A program made the translations under genes and the position numbers. The notes under the pieces were generated by a model, which was not told the DNA's origin, did not search any database, and was given only the letters and a program-made list of their open reading frames with translations. Below are positions 1 to 14,348 of a stretch of DNA of 64,000 bases, one piece after another (within the stretch, counting starts at the first letter, position 1; the number at the start of each line of letters is the position of its first letter). Origin of the DNA: Octopus vulgaris (Eukaryota); NCBI GenBank assembly GCA_951406725.2, contig OX597828.1, positions 71,672,001-71,736,000 on the forward strand, in the 5' to 3' direction.

Positions 1-315
1 ATGTATGTATGTATGTGTGTATGTGTGTATGTATGTATGTATGCATGTATGTATGTAAGTATGCATGTATGTATGTATGTATGTATGTATGCATGTATGT
101 ATGTATGTACGTATGTATGTATGTATGTATGTATGTATGTGTGTATGTATGTATGCATGTATGTATTATGTATGTACGTATGTATGTATGTATGCATGTA
201 TGTATGTATGTATGTATGTATGTATGTATGAATGTATGTATGTATGTATGTATGTGTGTATGTATGTATGTATGTATGTATGTATGTATGTGTGTATGTA
301 TGTATGTATGTATGT
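1..315. repeat. (ATGT)n microsatellite, representative of dozens of (AT)n, (GT)n, (ATCT)n, (ATGT)n, (TTA)n, (GA)n and (GAA)n arrays across the window
   Basis: Directly visible. Confidence 0.98.
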
Positions 316-376
316 CAGTATTCAGTTTATTTCAAGATTTCTTGCCAACAGAGAAAGAACCGGTTTCTAACCTACA

Positions 377-924
377 CAGGAAGTAAATAGACACCTTTAA
401 TTTTCAAAATTTCTCATCTAAGCGTCTTAATATGTTTTCAGCGGTGTAGAATTTACAATGTAATTATTCTTTTTCACTCCAGGTGCCATTATATTAAACA
501 TTTCCGAAGAGTAACCATGCCACGCACAAAAATTCAGCAGAACTGTCAAATTTTCAAAGCGGTCGTATTGTTGGGGAATCTGAGGCTGGTCTTAGACAGC
601 GAAAAATTGCCGAAAATCTTGAAATTCGTCTTGCTACTATTAATAGAATTATAGTGCAATTCAAAAGCCAAGGAACAGATTCTCGTCCCGGCCGACCTGG
701 GCCCTCGGAAAGGAAGCTTCGCTGTTTCAAGAGAATTGTGGAAAACGAACCCCGTTCGATGGCTTCTGATATTGCAAAACAGCTAGAAGTTAATCCAAGA
801 ACGTGTGTTACATATCTGCATAAGCTTGGGTATTATGGACGAACAGCTAGAAGAAAACCTCTCTTTCAACCACTTGATATCAAATCAAAGATTTTGAAAA
901 TTAAAGGTGTCTATTTACTTCCTG
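377..924 (+). mobile_element. Internally deleted Tc1-family DNA transposon
   Basis: Perfect 34-bp inverted repeats at 377-410 and 891-924 (CAGGAAGTAAATAGACACCTTTAATTTTCAAAAT). Frameshifted N-terminal transposase from ATG 517 (...[12 protein letters not shown]...GRP...GRTARRKP). No DDE domain. Confidence 0.85.
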
Positions 925-1437
925 CATGTCTGTGTCAACCCAAGGCTCCTTCATTGGTATTTCAACATCAACAACAGGGTATTTTTGTATGCATGTATGT
1001 ATGTACGTGTGAATGTATAATAGATATGTATACATATGTGTGTGTGTTTATGCTTCTTTTGTATGCATGTGCGCATATACATCTATGTATCTATGTGAGT
1101 ATGTCTGCATGAAAAGCAGACCAAGTTTTGTTTTTATCTGATCCGATTTTAATTAAACTGAATTTAACTGATCCGATTTTTAGTTGATTAGGCTTTGAGT
1201 TGATTCAACTCTTCGTTGATCTAATGTTTAGTTGAACAGTCTTTCAGCCGATTCGACTTTTGGCTGATCCAGGCTTTAGTCGAACAAACTTTAATTGAAA
1301 AATAAGTGCAACATTTCAAATGAAATGTTTGTACTCTATACACAAGCACATAAATGATGATATCCACATATATACAATACTCACACATATGTGTACATAT
1401 ATATGTATGTATATATGTATATATATATATATGCACA

Positions 1438-1532
<95 letters not shown>

Positions 1533-1652
1533 GTGCCCAACGATGGTTTAGCTGGGCGAAATATCGAAGTCACTGCGAAAAGTATTCTTGCTTAATAATT
1601 ATAAATTTGAGCTCTACAAAAGTATTGAGTAAATCATAAGAGTAATCTAAAA

Positions 1653-1899
1653 TTGGAGTAAAGATTGTTTGCCAACATAACATGGCAGTCCTGGTTGAGG
1701 ACGAATGTTGCTGTAATTTAGCCCCAGGAGACCGCATCTCCAGCTGGCTACACGACACTATCTGTGTCCTTATATTTTCGAAGGACACATATCGTGTCGT
1801 ATAACCAACTGGAGACGACGTCTCCTGGTGCTAAATTACAGCAACATTCGTCCTCAATCAGGACTGCATTGTTATGTTGGCAAACAATCTTTACTCCAA
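1653..1899. mobile_element. Palindromic (fold-back) MITE, about 247 bp
   Basis: The left arm TTGGAGTAAAGATTGTTTGCCAACATAAC... is the reverse complement of the right arm ...GTTATGTTGGCAAACAATCTTTACTCCAA over about 115 bp, with a short central loop. Confidence 0.8.
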
Positions 1900-2676
1900 A
1901 GTATTGTTGCTGAATATCTTTCGTTGAGAGATTTACAAATAGTAATTTTCTAATCTAAGATTATATTTTATTATAACTGAACATAAACACACACACGCAC
2001 ATAAATTTTTTTTTTCTGTTGATTTACAGTAAAACACTCACACCCAGGCACATGCATACTCTCACACATACCTACGCATTTATATTTATATACATATTTA
2101 TTTATATACGGTGGCTTGACAATATATGCAATGTTGACATTTATAGTAAAATGTTTGCAAGCCAAACGTTATAAGGAGGCTGAGATGGTGTGTGTGTGTC
2201 TGTCTGTGTTTTGTGAGAAAACAAGGCTTACATCTTACATTCATTGAAATAAAAAGTTCAACAAATAAGTGTATTGAAAGGAACATTTGTCATAAATCGA
2301 TGGATGTGCATTGTTTAGAAGACAAGCAACTTGATCTCTGTTCATCGATTGGGTTGTTAACCAATCGATTTTGATTGGACAACAGACCAATTGATCACTT
2401 CATTGAATGGTTGGTCAATGGAGCTTTCTTGAATTATCATTAATTGGTTGGTTGTTGAACCAATTAGGAAGCAACCTGGCTAATTACTATCACAGACCTT
2501 AATTAGCGCAAAACACTAACGCTTCCTTCTTCTATATTTCCAGTCGGCGTGCGTGTGTATCCTTTCCATGCTGAAAGTGCATATGGATGTATGACTACCT
2601 AGCTAAGAGAGTATGTATGTACATACATGTGCATGTGTGTGTGTGTGTGTGTGTGTGCATGTGTGTGTGTGTATGT

Positions 2677-2749
<73 letters not shown>

Positions 2750-2959
2750 CCTGCTGTATTCTACAATACTTGATTCCTTGATGTTTCTCAACTGCAATTT
2801 TATCATTCTAAAAGTTGTCTGCCAGAAACGGCAGTTCCAAGAGACCTGTAGATCTCATACATTAGGGAAAGTTCTTAGTGATATATCTTTCAATTCCTAA
2901 ATCCCTGAATTTCATTTGAATATTGGTTGATCAGATAATCTCTTTATCAGTTTCGTTGT

Positions 2960-3342
2960 CATTATTATCATTATTATTATTTTCACTCAACAGATTAGAC
3001 TGTTGGAAAAGAAAAAAAAATCCTAACATCGGGCCAGAACAAGTAACCTTAGATGCCAAGAACCCTCCTAAGTATTCTAGATGTCCCTAAAAAACACTGT
3101 TTTCTGGAGCTGTACTAAACTGGGTTTCATGCCTATTTCCTCTATCCGTCTGTTCAGATCTTTAGGGATGGTTCCCAATGGATCTGAACAGATGGATAGA
3201 GGAAATAGGCATAAAACCCAGTTTAGTACAATCACAGAAAACATTGTTATTAGGGACATCTAGGATACTTAGGAGGGTTCTTGGCATCTAGGGTTACTTG
3301 TTGTAGCCCGATAGGGTAATAATAATAATAATAATAATAATA
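2960..3342. mobile_element. Inverted duplication of an R4/Dong-type LINE 3' end
   Basis: Arms 3028-3168 and 3173-3312 are reverse complements and encode LGTIPKDLNR.IEEIG.KPSLVQLQKTV..GTSRILRRVLGI*. (TAA)n runs lie on both outer sides. Confidence 0.8.
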
Positions 3343-4748
3343 ACAGTGATCCGTTGTGTTCAAAGGAAGATGTTAAGTATGGCTACAGAATGAAATCTAT
3401 GTTCCGAATGACTAGTGAACCAAGTTGTTTACTGACAAAATATATATATATATATATATATAGGCCAGCTTCCCTTTATATGGTACCACAAACGGTGTAC
3501 ATGGCTATTCTAGGGAATTGTATTCTTCATTGGGATATTGATGCTTTGCGTTTGTAGAAAGGTGAAGGGAGTTAATTTTAGCGTCAGTCTACATTAAATA
3601 TGTGTGTATAGATTTGAATTTATGTGTATATTTGTATACACCTATGTATGTGTGTCCATGTACGTGTGCATGTATGCGTATGTGTGTGTGAGTGTGCATA
3701 TACATGTGACCGTGTTAATCTATTCTTGTCTTGTGGATCAGTAGACATCTTTAAATTGGTCATACTTGTGAAACATTTCTTTAAATTAACGAAACATCAT
3801 CAGGTCTATATTGATTGTTGAGACTGAGAAATGTCACCTTAAAAACATACCAAAGTCTGCTTGAACACTAAATACCAGTCAGTGTACAATATCTGACTGG
3901 GCTCTATATGAAGTCGTAACCGACGGGTGTCAGTCGTCTGCATATTAATGGCCGCTACTGGGTAGATGTGTTAGTAATCTTTTCTTTTTAGGGTGTTGCC
4001 AGCAATCAGTGCGGTGTTGATACAGACAAAAGCGGTAGACATTTAGGGAATGGGTTGCAGGCAAGAAGTAAAAAGTGCAATGAAGAATAAATTTTTTTTT
4101 GTTTAAAAAAGCTAATCAACAGGGTGTCTGCTGTGTTCGAGAAATTGGAAAAAAAAGGGAAAAGAATCTTATTTCTAAAGCAAGTGTACAATGTATTCTT
4201 CATAGACAATTCTTGTTGAGGCAAAAAAGAAGCAACAGAATTATAGAATTTCAGTAAAATGACAATATGACAAAAGTCAAAGCTACAAGATAAGAAGAAG
4301 AAAAAAAAGAAAGAAAGAAGAAAATTCTCAATTTGCAACTCGGTTTTTTTAAAGATAATTTTTTCCCTCAATCTTTGGTCGTCTATATTCCATAATACTT
4401 CACCAGAGGACCGATTTCCTCATGCAATTGGCATATATTCACAGATGTTTCTGCAGCATATTTTTTTTGTCTCCAAAGGATATCTGTATTTTTCCATTTT
4501 CGTTTCCGTTTTGTGTATTTTTTTTTAGTTTCGAAGTAGAATTCCGTTGAAGATATCGAACCCACATCTTCGGTGTTCCATTTGAAAAGTTCTGTCTGTT
4601 GTAAATATCCATACCTTCGACTCAATGAATACAATTTCGTCCTCTAGAGACTGGATGGTATGTAATGTCTAGAGAATTATGGAACATAATATATATATAT
4701 ATATAGGTGTATATATATATATATATACACACAAATATATATATATAT

Positions 4749-4803
<55 letters not shown>

Positions 4804-5024
4804 TATATACGTATATGTATGTATGTTTATGCATATATGTATGTATTTTTGTGCTTATGTGAGTATATATATCCATACATATATACAGACCGGGAACGAG
4901 AAACTCCGAGTAGCGATTCACGCAAACTCAGCTTCAAATAAATTTATATGTATGTATACATACATATACATACATATATATATATTTATATATATATATT
5001 TATGTATATATATATATCTTTATG

Positions 5025-5090
<66 letters not shown>

Positions 5091-5140
5091 AATGTATGTA
5101 TATGCATGTAAGTGTCTATGTATATAGGCTTTATATGCTT

Positions 5141-5177
<37 letters not shown>

Positions 5178-5805
5178 TACATATTGTCTATTTGGTTGGA
5201 TATTTATGTATGCTTCCTACTGTATGTATGTGTGTACGTATTTATGCGTGTATGTACGTGTGTACGTGTGTGTGTGTGTGTGTGTATGTAAGTAAACTGT
5301 TTGTTGTTGAAAGTTTGTTAGACAGACACAGACAGACGTACAAACAGACAGACAGACAAATAATTAGATAAATAGATAAGTAGTCAAGTAGATAGAATGA
5401 TAGATAGACATGGATAAATAGAAAGATAAATAGATAGATAGGTAGTTAGAGAGAGATAAAAAAGACCGATAGATAATTACAGCTATTGTTATGAAATGAA
5501 AACAGTAAAACAACGAGTACAAAAAAATTCTTCTTCTGTAAAGATCAAATTCCATTCTGATTGGCGGAAATGGTAAAAGAATCCAGTAAGTCGGTAAAAA
5601 AAAAAATAAAAAAAGACTTTTTTGTTCTTTTTTTTTGTTTCCAAAATGGAAATCAACAGTTAGTTGATTCGAAATATATCCATTAGTTTTTAAATTTTAT
5701 ATCTTTCTTTTGTTTTGTTAATCTTTTTATCTTCTTCCCTCCTCACGATTCATTCAGCAAGTTCAGTAATTATATGCACAAGTTCATTAGTTTTGCTTAG
5801 CATTA

Positions 5806-5836
<31 letters not shown>

Positions 5837-8800
5837 CATTATTATTAATATTATTATTAATATTATTATCGTCATTATTATAATTATTATTGTATTTTTT
5901 CTCTGCTTTTGTTTCTCGTATGCATATAGAAATTCTGAACGCATTTAACATAGAAAGTGTCTGAAAGTTTCATTAATTGTCCGATATACGTTATATATAT
6001 ATATATATAAAGGTGAAAAACCGTGAAAAATATCTTATGTGCATAGATTATACATAACTAGTTCCGCATTCAATAAATCTAACTTCCGGGCGAGAAAGAC
6101 GGCCAAAACAATTGTCATGTGACTGCCTTGAACTGTATGACTGTGTTGTCCAGTTCTACAGTTGTTATTGGAATCGGAGCAGGTCTGGGTTAGGGCGCAA
6201 GGATTATAGACTTGGTTGTGGGAGGGAAGGAGTAATAATGGGGTGTTTGTCCTCGCCCCATTCTTTTTTTAGGCGGGCAAATCGGGGACATTGAATCACT
6301 GATTTTTTAAAAAAATCATTTGTTTGTTTTGTTTTATTGGTATTTTTCTTATTTTATTTATAAGTCAATTTGTGGAGCTATAGCACTTCATGCCACTCCT
6401 TCAGGTCCAATCACACGCAAAGAAATAAAAATAAATAAATAAATAAATAATTGTTAAAAGAGAAATCGGGGTGTAAAATGTGTTTGTTTCGTTTCTCCCC
6501 CCCCCCTTCACAAACACAAACACTTCCCAGTGTCTCAGTTCTGGATTCTTGGTGCAGTAAGCCAACTTCCTGTACTCACTGATAGAGTCCACTAAAAGTC
6601 ACACACACACACAAACACACACTCATACACACACACAGTTATATATATATAGATATACATACATATATATATATATATGTATATATATCTTCACACAAAC
6701 TATAGTATGCCATTCGTAGCGGTGCTTGCTATCAAACACGCGTAGCATACGTATTTCTCTATCATCAGATCACTACTTCAAATGTAAGCGAGTATTGATA
6801 CGATGGGTTTATTAGGTTTATACCATAAATATTATTATGATTATTAGATTTATATCATAAATATTATTATGATTATAATTACTGATAATTATTAGTAAAC
6901 AGATTATTAATATTATCGTTATTATTACCTGATAAAATTTGTTTTTGTTGGTTTTCTGATAGAACAAGTCTGTTGAGAGACAAAGGACGGCAAACTCTCC
7001 GATCTGTTAGGAAAAATTCTTGCAGTTAAAAAAATCTACATATTTGGATTAGTGTTGAATTTAAAGATGATTAATACATTGAAAAAATCTATAAATTCTG
7101 AATTTATAATAGTTATAAAATGTAGATTATCGAATAAAACTGGATTAGTGCTATTAATGACGTCAATCATTAATAATATATTCTTTAATTCTTGACCTTT
7201 TTTTTCACTTTCAAAATCAATTTTTTTCTCGTAATCATGAAATAGGTTCGAAATGATGAACCTTCAACAAAAACATTGAAATAAAGGCAAGATTTGAAAA
7301 AATTTTTTTTGGCTTGTTTCTGTTTTTCATAGAATTATTTAAGAATCAATAAAATTTCTACATTCTGTAGATATTATATTAATAAAATGTTTCAAAGAAA
7401 TCTTCAGCTACCAGGAAACTAGGCCGTCTTTGTCTCTCATTGAGAAAGTGTATATGAGCTCAAATAGAAATCAAGTGATTGATATCGGCAGTTAATCATT
7501 TATTGGCGGTCTTCTAATCGAGTGTTTTTCCCCCATGGAACGCTATATAATTCTTATTCGCAGATTCACTTATTATTTTCGCTATTGTTGTTGTTATTAT
7601 TATCATTATTATTAGTAGTATTATTTTACCTGAACACTAGTTTCAGTTTTTAAAATAGTTGACTGTAATTTTTTCATCTCTGTAATATTAATTACATCGA
7701 TATTTATTTAAAAAAAAACAATAACCATAACAATAATAATAATACTAACAACAACAATAGTAGTATTAGTAGTAGTAGTAGTACTAGTGACAATAACACT
7801 GATATTAATTATGAAAAAAGTTCCCCGTCTTTGTTTTTCCTTATTTAAGAAATAAAGTTTATGATAAAAACAAATGACTTAGTTAAGTTCCAGGAATCGG
7901 GAAAAAACACAATTTTTTGAATAAAGGTTGGTCTTTGCATGAATCCTTAGAAGTTGATTAACGAAACATATTAGATTACCAAATAATTAACCCGGGAAAA
8001 AAAGATCACGAAAGATTCTTGTTACTTAAATCGCTGTCTTAGATGCTTTATTAGGTTTCCATTAAACAGAGCCGTCATAGTCCCCACTCCACCCAGGATA
8101 CACAGCTTTCTGCTGCTTCGGAACGAACCAAACCCAATGCCATCACCAAAAACTGCATTGAAACAATACAGGGCTCTCGGTGGAGTTTTCTAGGGAAAAA
8201 CCCAAATAAATAAATAATAAAATAAATAAAAACTCCACTAAAATATCAAACGTTTATTCCAAATTAGAACTGGAATGATGTGAATGATAAAATGATTTGG
8301 TTTGGTTCGATTATAATAAATTTATTCTGATTGGTTATATTCAATCGATAGTTTCATTTGCTTCGTTTAGTTCGATTCGATATGATAATTTCCTTCTCAT
8401 TGGTAACGTTCGTCCAATGGTTTTCATTTGAGTAAAATGTTTTTTTTTTCCTCTAGCCTTTAAATGATTCAAGACATTTCGTCCTTCACACCATCAATAC
8501 TTTCGTTAAAATACAATAAATAATGATGATGATGATGATGATGTCGATGATGATGATGAAGAAAAAAACAACAGAACAATGAAAACTAAAAACAGAATGA
8601 CAAAGAGTACCATTAAGTCGGTTGACTCTAGCTGGAAATATTGTCTGTGATAGAAAGATATATGGATGGAACAAAAGTGAAGATCAGTTGCTGTAGCAAA
8701 GGAGTGCTCCAATGGAATTTAGTATTGCGTGGCTTGATTTATGCTAGCAATATCTCTATATATGGCATTGAAGGAAGGTAGATGATGTATAAACTGCAGT

Positions 8801-8931
8801 ACAGTTTCAGAGTCAAAATGGCGTCAGAGTAGATTTATTGCAAGATAATAAATGTCTTCTCTTGTGGTGATATTGATACGCTTGTGTTTCTATCAACCTA
8901 TTTTGCTTTTTAGATGAAGCAGCAGATAGCC

Positions 8932-9044
<113 letters not shown>

Positions 9045-9178
9045 GTATATGTATATGTATATGTATATATATATGTATGTATATATATATATACATACAT
9101 ATATATATCTTTATATATGTATATGTGTGTATATGTGTGTGTTTGTAACGTGTATATATGTAATCTATAATACATATG

Positions 9179-9230
<52 letters not shown>

Positions 9231-9359
9231 TGAAATATATATGATTACATACACACACACATATGTGTGTGTGTGTGTATGTATATATGTGTATATGTGT
9301 GTGTATACACACGCATATGTGTGTATTTATATATGTATGTGTTTATATATATATATGTA

Positions 9360-9408
<49 letters not shown>

Positions 9409-9509
9409 ATTTCTGTGTAAGTCGACTGGGTGTGTATGTAAGTGCGAATATGCATGTGTGTGTATTTATGTGTGAGTGGGTATGTATAGATTTATTGAGA
9501 AGCGACAGC

Positions 9510-9680
9510 ATGGCAACTCATGCTTATAATGAATGTGTGGACTAGCAACTCACGTTTATGGTGAAGCAAAGAACCAGCAACTCACGTTTATGGTAAGGCA
9601 ACGGACTAGCAACTCATATTTATGGTAAGGCAACAGACTAGAAACTCATGTTTATGGTAAGGCAACGAACTGGCGATTCT
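9510..9680. repeat. 32-bp minisatellite, about 4-5 copies
   Basis: Unit GGACTAGCAACTCACGTTTATGGTAAGGCAAC in tandem with no spacers. Confidence 0.85.
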
Positions 9681-9979
9681 TGATTCAAGAAAGAAAGATT
9701 GGCTTTTGAGGTTTCTAGTTAAGCAAAGGGGTTTAGCAAATGATGATAACGTCAGTGCAACGAATATATTCTCTAAAAAATGATGGATAAATTGCAAAGC
9801 TAGCAATGGTGTATAAATACGTAAGAAAAATAAACGTTTATTATTAACTTGCGATCCAGCTTCATTGTATGTACAACAAAGGAACGAAACGAAAGCAACA
9901 TTTTGTAGTAACAAGGTTTTTTTTCTTTCTTTTTAGAAAAAATGCTTTGTAAGCAAATATATTGTAATGCGTTTACAGA

Positions 9980-10045
9980 TTGGCATTTGGGCAATCTGAC
10001 AATTTGGCGATCTGGCAATCTGGTAATTTGACAATCTGGCAATTT
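9980..10045. repeat. Degenerate 8-bp tandem repeat (GGCAATCT)
   Basis: Successive GGCAATCT/GACAATTT/GGCGATCT variants. Confidence 0.7.
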
Positions 10046-11764
10046 TTGCAACTGTGGTTTTTTAGATGGCAACTACTGTATGTTTCACTGAATTGTTTAT
10101 AGGTGCACTGGTAACATATGCGTGTAAATATATACAGATAAATGTACATACATAGATACATACATATATATATGTATATGTATAATATATATATATTATA
10201 TATATATGTGTGCATATGTATATGTATATATGTATGTACATATATACATGTATACATAGACATATGCATATATATGTATGTATGTGTAAGTATGCGTGTA
10301 TGCTATAATATATGCATATACGATCATATAGTCATAATACAATGGCATAGATTTCTATATGTTTATGAGAGAAACGTGGGTAATAGCTTACTTTAAGCCA
10401 AAAGTATTGTTTTGATTTTCTTCGTGTTAACTCTTTGCTTAATATTAACAACAGCAACACCACCAACAACATCAATACCAACAACGAAAGCAAAGTATTG
10501 AATCTTATATTAACCAGAACAGCCTAAAGGTTTACAAGTTATAAACAAACAGTAATTACAATGGTGGTATTAAGGATAGTTCCATGTGCTACGTTTTAAT
10601 AATATGTACACTGCTACGAGCTACTAACATCAACACAGTCGCCATTTTCGATGAAACTCTTCGTATTTAGTCTTTTGTTTTGAATAAGAGAAACGTCACA
10701 CAAGACACGATATTTTCTTTATTTTGTTTTCACTAAACATATACAGATTTTTGTTTGATTTTATTTCATTTTATTTTATTTTATTTAGTTATTATTGGGA
10801 TTATATATTTCGTTATTTGGTTTGTTTTGAAGAATACAAGAAACGGTTTTGGACAACAGAAGTGTTTCGTATTTCGTTTGTCCACGTCCATCTTTTGAAT
10901 TCTTCAATAAATTAATAAATTCCTTTCAATTATTTATGTTTATCAGGCAAACTTATCATAAGTATTTGTGTGTGTGTGTGTATGTATGTATATATATATA
11001 TATGTGTGTGTGTGTGAGTGCGTATGCAAATACAAATACACACACACATACATATATATATATATATTTGCGTATGTATACATGCATATTGTGTGTATAC
11101 ACATACATGAGTATATGTGTGTGTGTGTGTGTACAGATATTCATGTGTGTTTGTGTGTGAGTGTATCATTTTGTGACATGTGTGTGTATAGATATGTATG
11201 TATTTATCTACATGTTTGTACGAGTGTTTGTATATGTGAATATATATGTATGAATGCATGTATGTGCGTGTGTGTGTGTGTGTGTGTGTGTGGGGATGTG
11301 TCTGCGTGCGTGTGCGTGTGTGTGTGTTTATGTGTGTGTATATCTGTGCATGCGCATGTTTGCTTGCTTTAAACATAATTCTTGAAGGGAGCACATGGAG
11401 TAAAAATATTCGACATTGTGCAGTACGGGAGTCAAAGAGATCGACGGTTCGCTTTCTAGCTTCCGCGGGAATTCCTTGTCTCCAGTAAGCTAAATGGGGT
11501 GCAGATGCTACCAAACGCTACGACTGCACAGGCAACAATTGCAGCAGTCCTCAACCAATGCAACAAGGAACCTGCTATCTTGTGCATATGACGGTAAAGG
11601 TCTGTTGCTCTACGTGGTCGAAGCTATCCAATACCCTGACATCTACAGATCACGTGGTCAATGTGACCGCGTCTTTATAACGTACACACGTAGACAACAC
11701 ATACACCTATTCCTTCTTATTATATATTTAGTATATAGTCTGCATGTGTGCGTGGTGTGATTAT

Positions 11765-11795
<31 letters not shown>

Positions 11796-12618
11796 GATAT
11801 ACATATATAAATATATAATATATATCATATATATATATAACTCTATAAAACTCTTGTCCATATCTAGATATATACCATTTCTATATCACATATGGCATGA
11901 TGTCTTTTACTTTTTATCACATACTGTACTGCATGTATACTGAATTGTATCTAACTATATATACAATAAAGTATATATACTATGAAGTATGTACGTATTT
12001 ATTTATTTATTTAGTTATTTCTTAACGATTCTCTTGTCCCTGTCTTATGCGTTCTCATGAAAATTCTAGTTGTGATATTAATATATATACAACCAATGCG
12101 TTGAGTGTCATATTATACACCCACCACAGATGCCATCTAAGCACACAGTAATTATACATACATTCATGCATATACTACGTATACACACACACACACATAC
12201 ACATACACATATGTATATATGTATGTGTGTGTGTGTGTGTGTATGTGTATATATACATGAATATGTATGTATACAGTATACGCATATAGTGTGTGAACGA
12301 ATGTATATTGGACACCAGAATTATCTTGCCAGATTAATGGGTGCATACTAAGCAAAAAAAAAAACAGACAAAAACAAATACATATAAGTTAAAATGTTCA
12401 AAATGCGATGAGTAACATGATGATGATGATGACGATGATAATGATGATGATGATGATGATGATGATGATAATGATGATGACGATGATGACGATGAGAATG
12501 ACGATGATGATGAATAATAGTGATGTTGCTAAATTTTGGCAATAAGAGGTAGGAAAGTCGTTAATGTTTGCCTGTGTGTCGCCGTCTGGCTAATAAGGAA
12601 ATAATAACAACAATAATA

Positions 12619-12662
<44 letters not shown>

Positions 12663-12689
12663 AATAGTAATAATAATACTACTAATAAT

Positions 12690-12794
<105 letters not shown>

Positions 12795-12799
12795 TCTTA

Positions 12800-13540
12800 T
12801 TATATCCTGCTATTACTTTCTGGTGATTTTTGAGCATTTCCTCTATACTGGTGATTGTGGTACGTATTTGTTGTCTGTGATGTGATATGTGTGGATGCTG
12901 GGTAGACTATATGTTGAGTTATGTTGTTCTATGGTGATTCTGTTTTCTATATTAAAATGTGGTCAGTTGTGCTAAATATGTGGTGGGTCATTGATGTTAT
13001 GCGTTGTAGTGCCGGGTATTGATCGTATAGAACTTATGTTGTGTGTCTAATGTCGTGTAGTTCTAATGTCGTGTTGGATATGTACAATGTTAGTAGTGCT
13101 ATTTGTTTGCAGCGTGATTGTATTAAGTATACGTTGGGTTATGTAGTTCTATGGTGATTCCGTTCATATGTTTTGGTTACATTATGCTTTTGTGTTGTTT
13201 GTTTGTTGTGCAGAATAACTCTTGTGTGAGTTATATTATTCCTTTGGCTGATAATTGTTGCACGTATTTGTTGTGTGTGATGTGATATGAGTTTCCATAT
13301 CGAGTGGTGCTTCTAAGAAACTCTGTTGCGTTAGTCTCGTTATATTAATGGCTGGCAAATGTATAGAATTTAAATTGTATACATACATACACACAAACGT
13401 TAACGTTACAAGTGTACGTGATGTCTTATATTGTTGAGCATTGATTGTATTGGTTATGTTATATTGTTTTGTGGCGATTCGGTTGTGTATGCGTTGTCTG
13501 AGTTATTTCACTGGGTGAGTTTTACATAACGGGTATTATT
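12800..13540 (-). repeat. Degenerate TG-rich internally repeated region, possibly a decayed LINE 3' end
   Basis: CGTATTTGTTGTNTGTGATGTGATATG recurs near 12860 and 13260; TTCTATGGTGATTC recurs. Weak QKIALL-like remnant near 13090-13110. Confidence 0.35.
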
Positions 13541-13559
13541 GAGTTTTACTTGCTCTTAA

Positions 13560-13641
<82 letters not shown>

Positions 13642-13952
13642 GTGTTGTTGCTTTTGTTGTGGATTTTGTTTCTATTTTTGTTGTTCTTATTTCTTTGAGC
13701 CCGTTGTGTTGAAAGTAAGTTTCACTGAGATTCGAAACTTCTGTCTTGACAGCACGTGTTCAAATCTTGCCGGATGGTAATTCTCTTTTTATATTTCATC
13801 GCTTTAGAGCAAAAATAATTTAAAGACAAGTCACGTACTGGGACTGATGTTTCAATCGACCACTATGACACTCTTCTCTCCACTCTAGTCCTCCCCTCCC
13901 TCTTCTCCATTTACATCATCATCATCATCACCATCCTCATCATCGTCGTCGC

Positions 13953-13990
<38 letters not shown>

Positions 13991-14348
13991 CTGGCAACAT
14001 CATCGTTTTTACCTCAATAGCTATGACCACTACCACTTCTCTCTACATTTCCTCATGCTCTACCCTTATCGTTTCCTTATCGTGTTTACCACCACAACCT
14101 TCACCTTCACTATCAACACCATCACCCCCCCCCATCATCACCACCCTTATCATCATCATTAATATGTAGCATATCTCACATGTCGCTTGACCCTTAGAGA
14201 GAGAGACGACTCCACAGTTCTTGCACCTTTTGTTTTGGTAAACGTGTTGGTGGCAGAAACCGTGATCAGTCTTTCTGTTCTTCTTTGATGGAAACTTGCG
14301 CTAACCACGCGGCATCCACCATCCAACGATGATAATAACAATTATAAT

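Noticed and set aside
6745-6772. Further CTGANGA...GAAA matches (also near 3798, 7401, 47385, 49271, 56497)
   Set aside because: They lack a pairable stem II or stem I, unlike the five reported motifs.
7402-7425. REST/NRSE-like motif TTCAGCTACCAGGAAAC
   Set aside because: Poor match, and the REST/RE1 system is characterised in chordates rather than molluscs.
9510-9680. CRISPR-like 32-bp repeats
   Set aside because: Units are directly adjacent with no unique spacers, there are no cas genes, and the context is eukaryotic.
11380-11700. GC-richer unique island as a possible exon
   Set aside because: No recognisable protein in any frame; two ACGTGGTC motifs alone are too weak to call regulatory.
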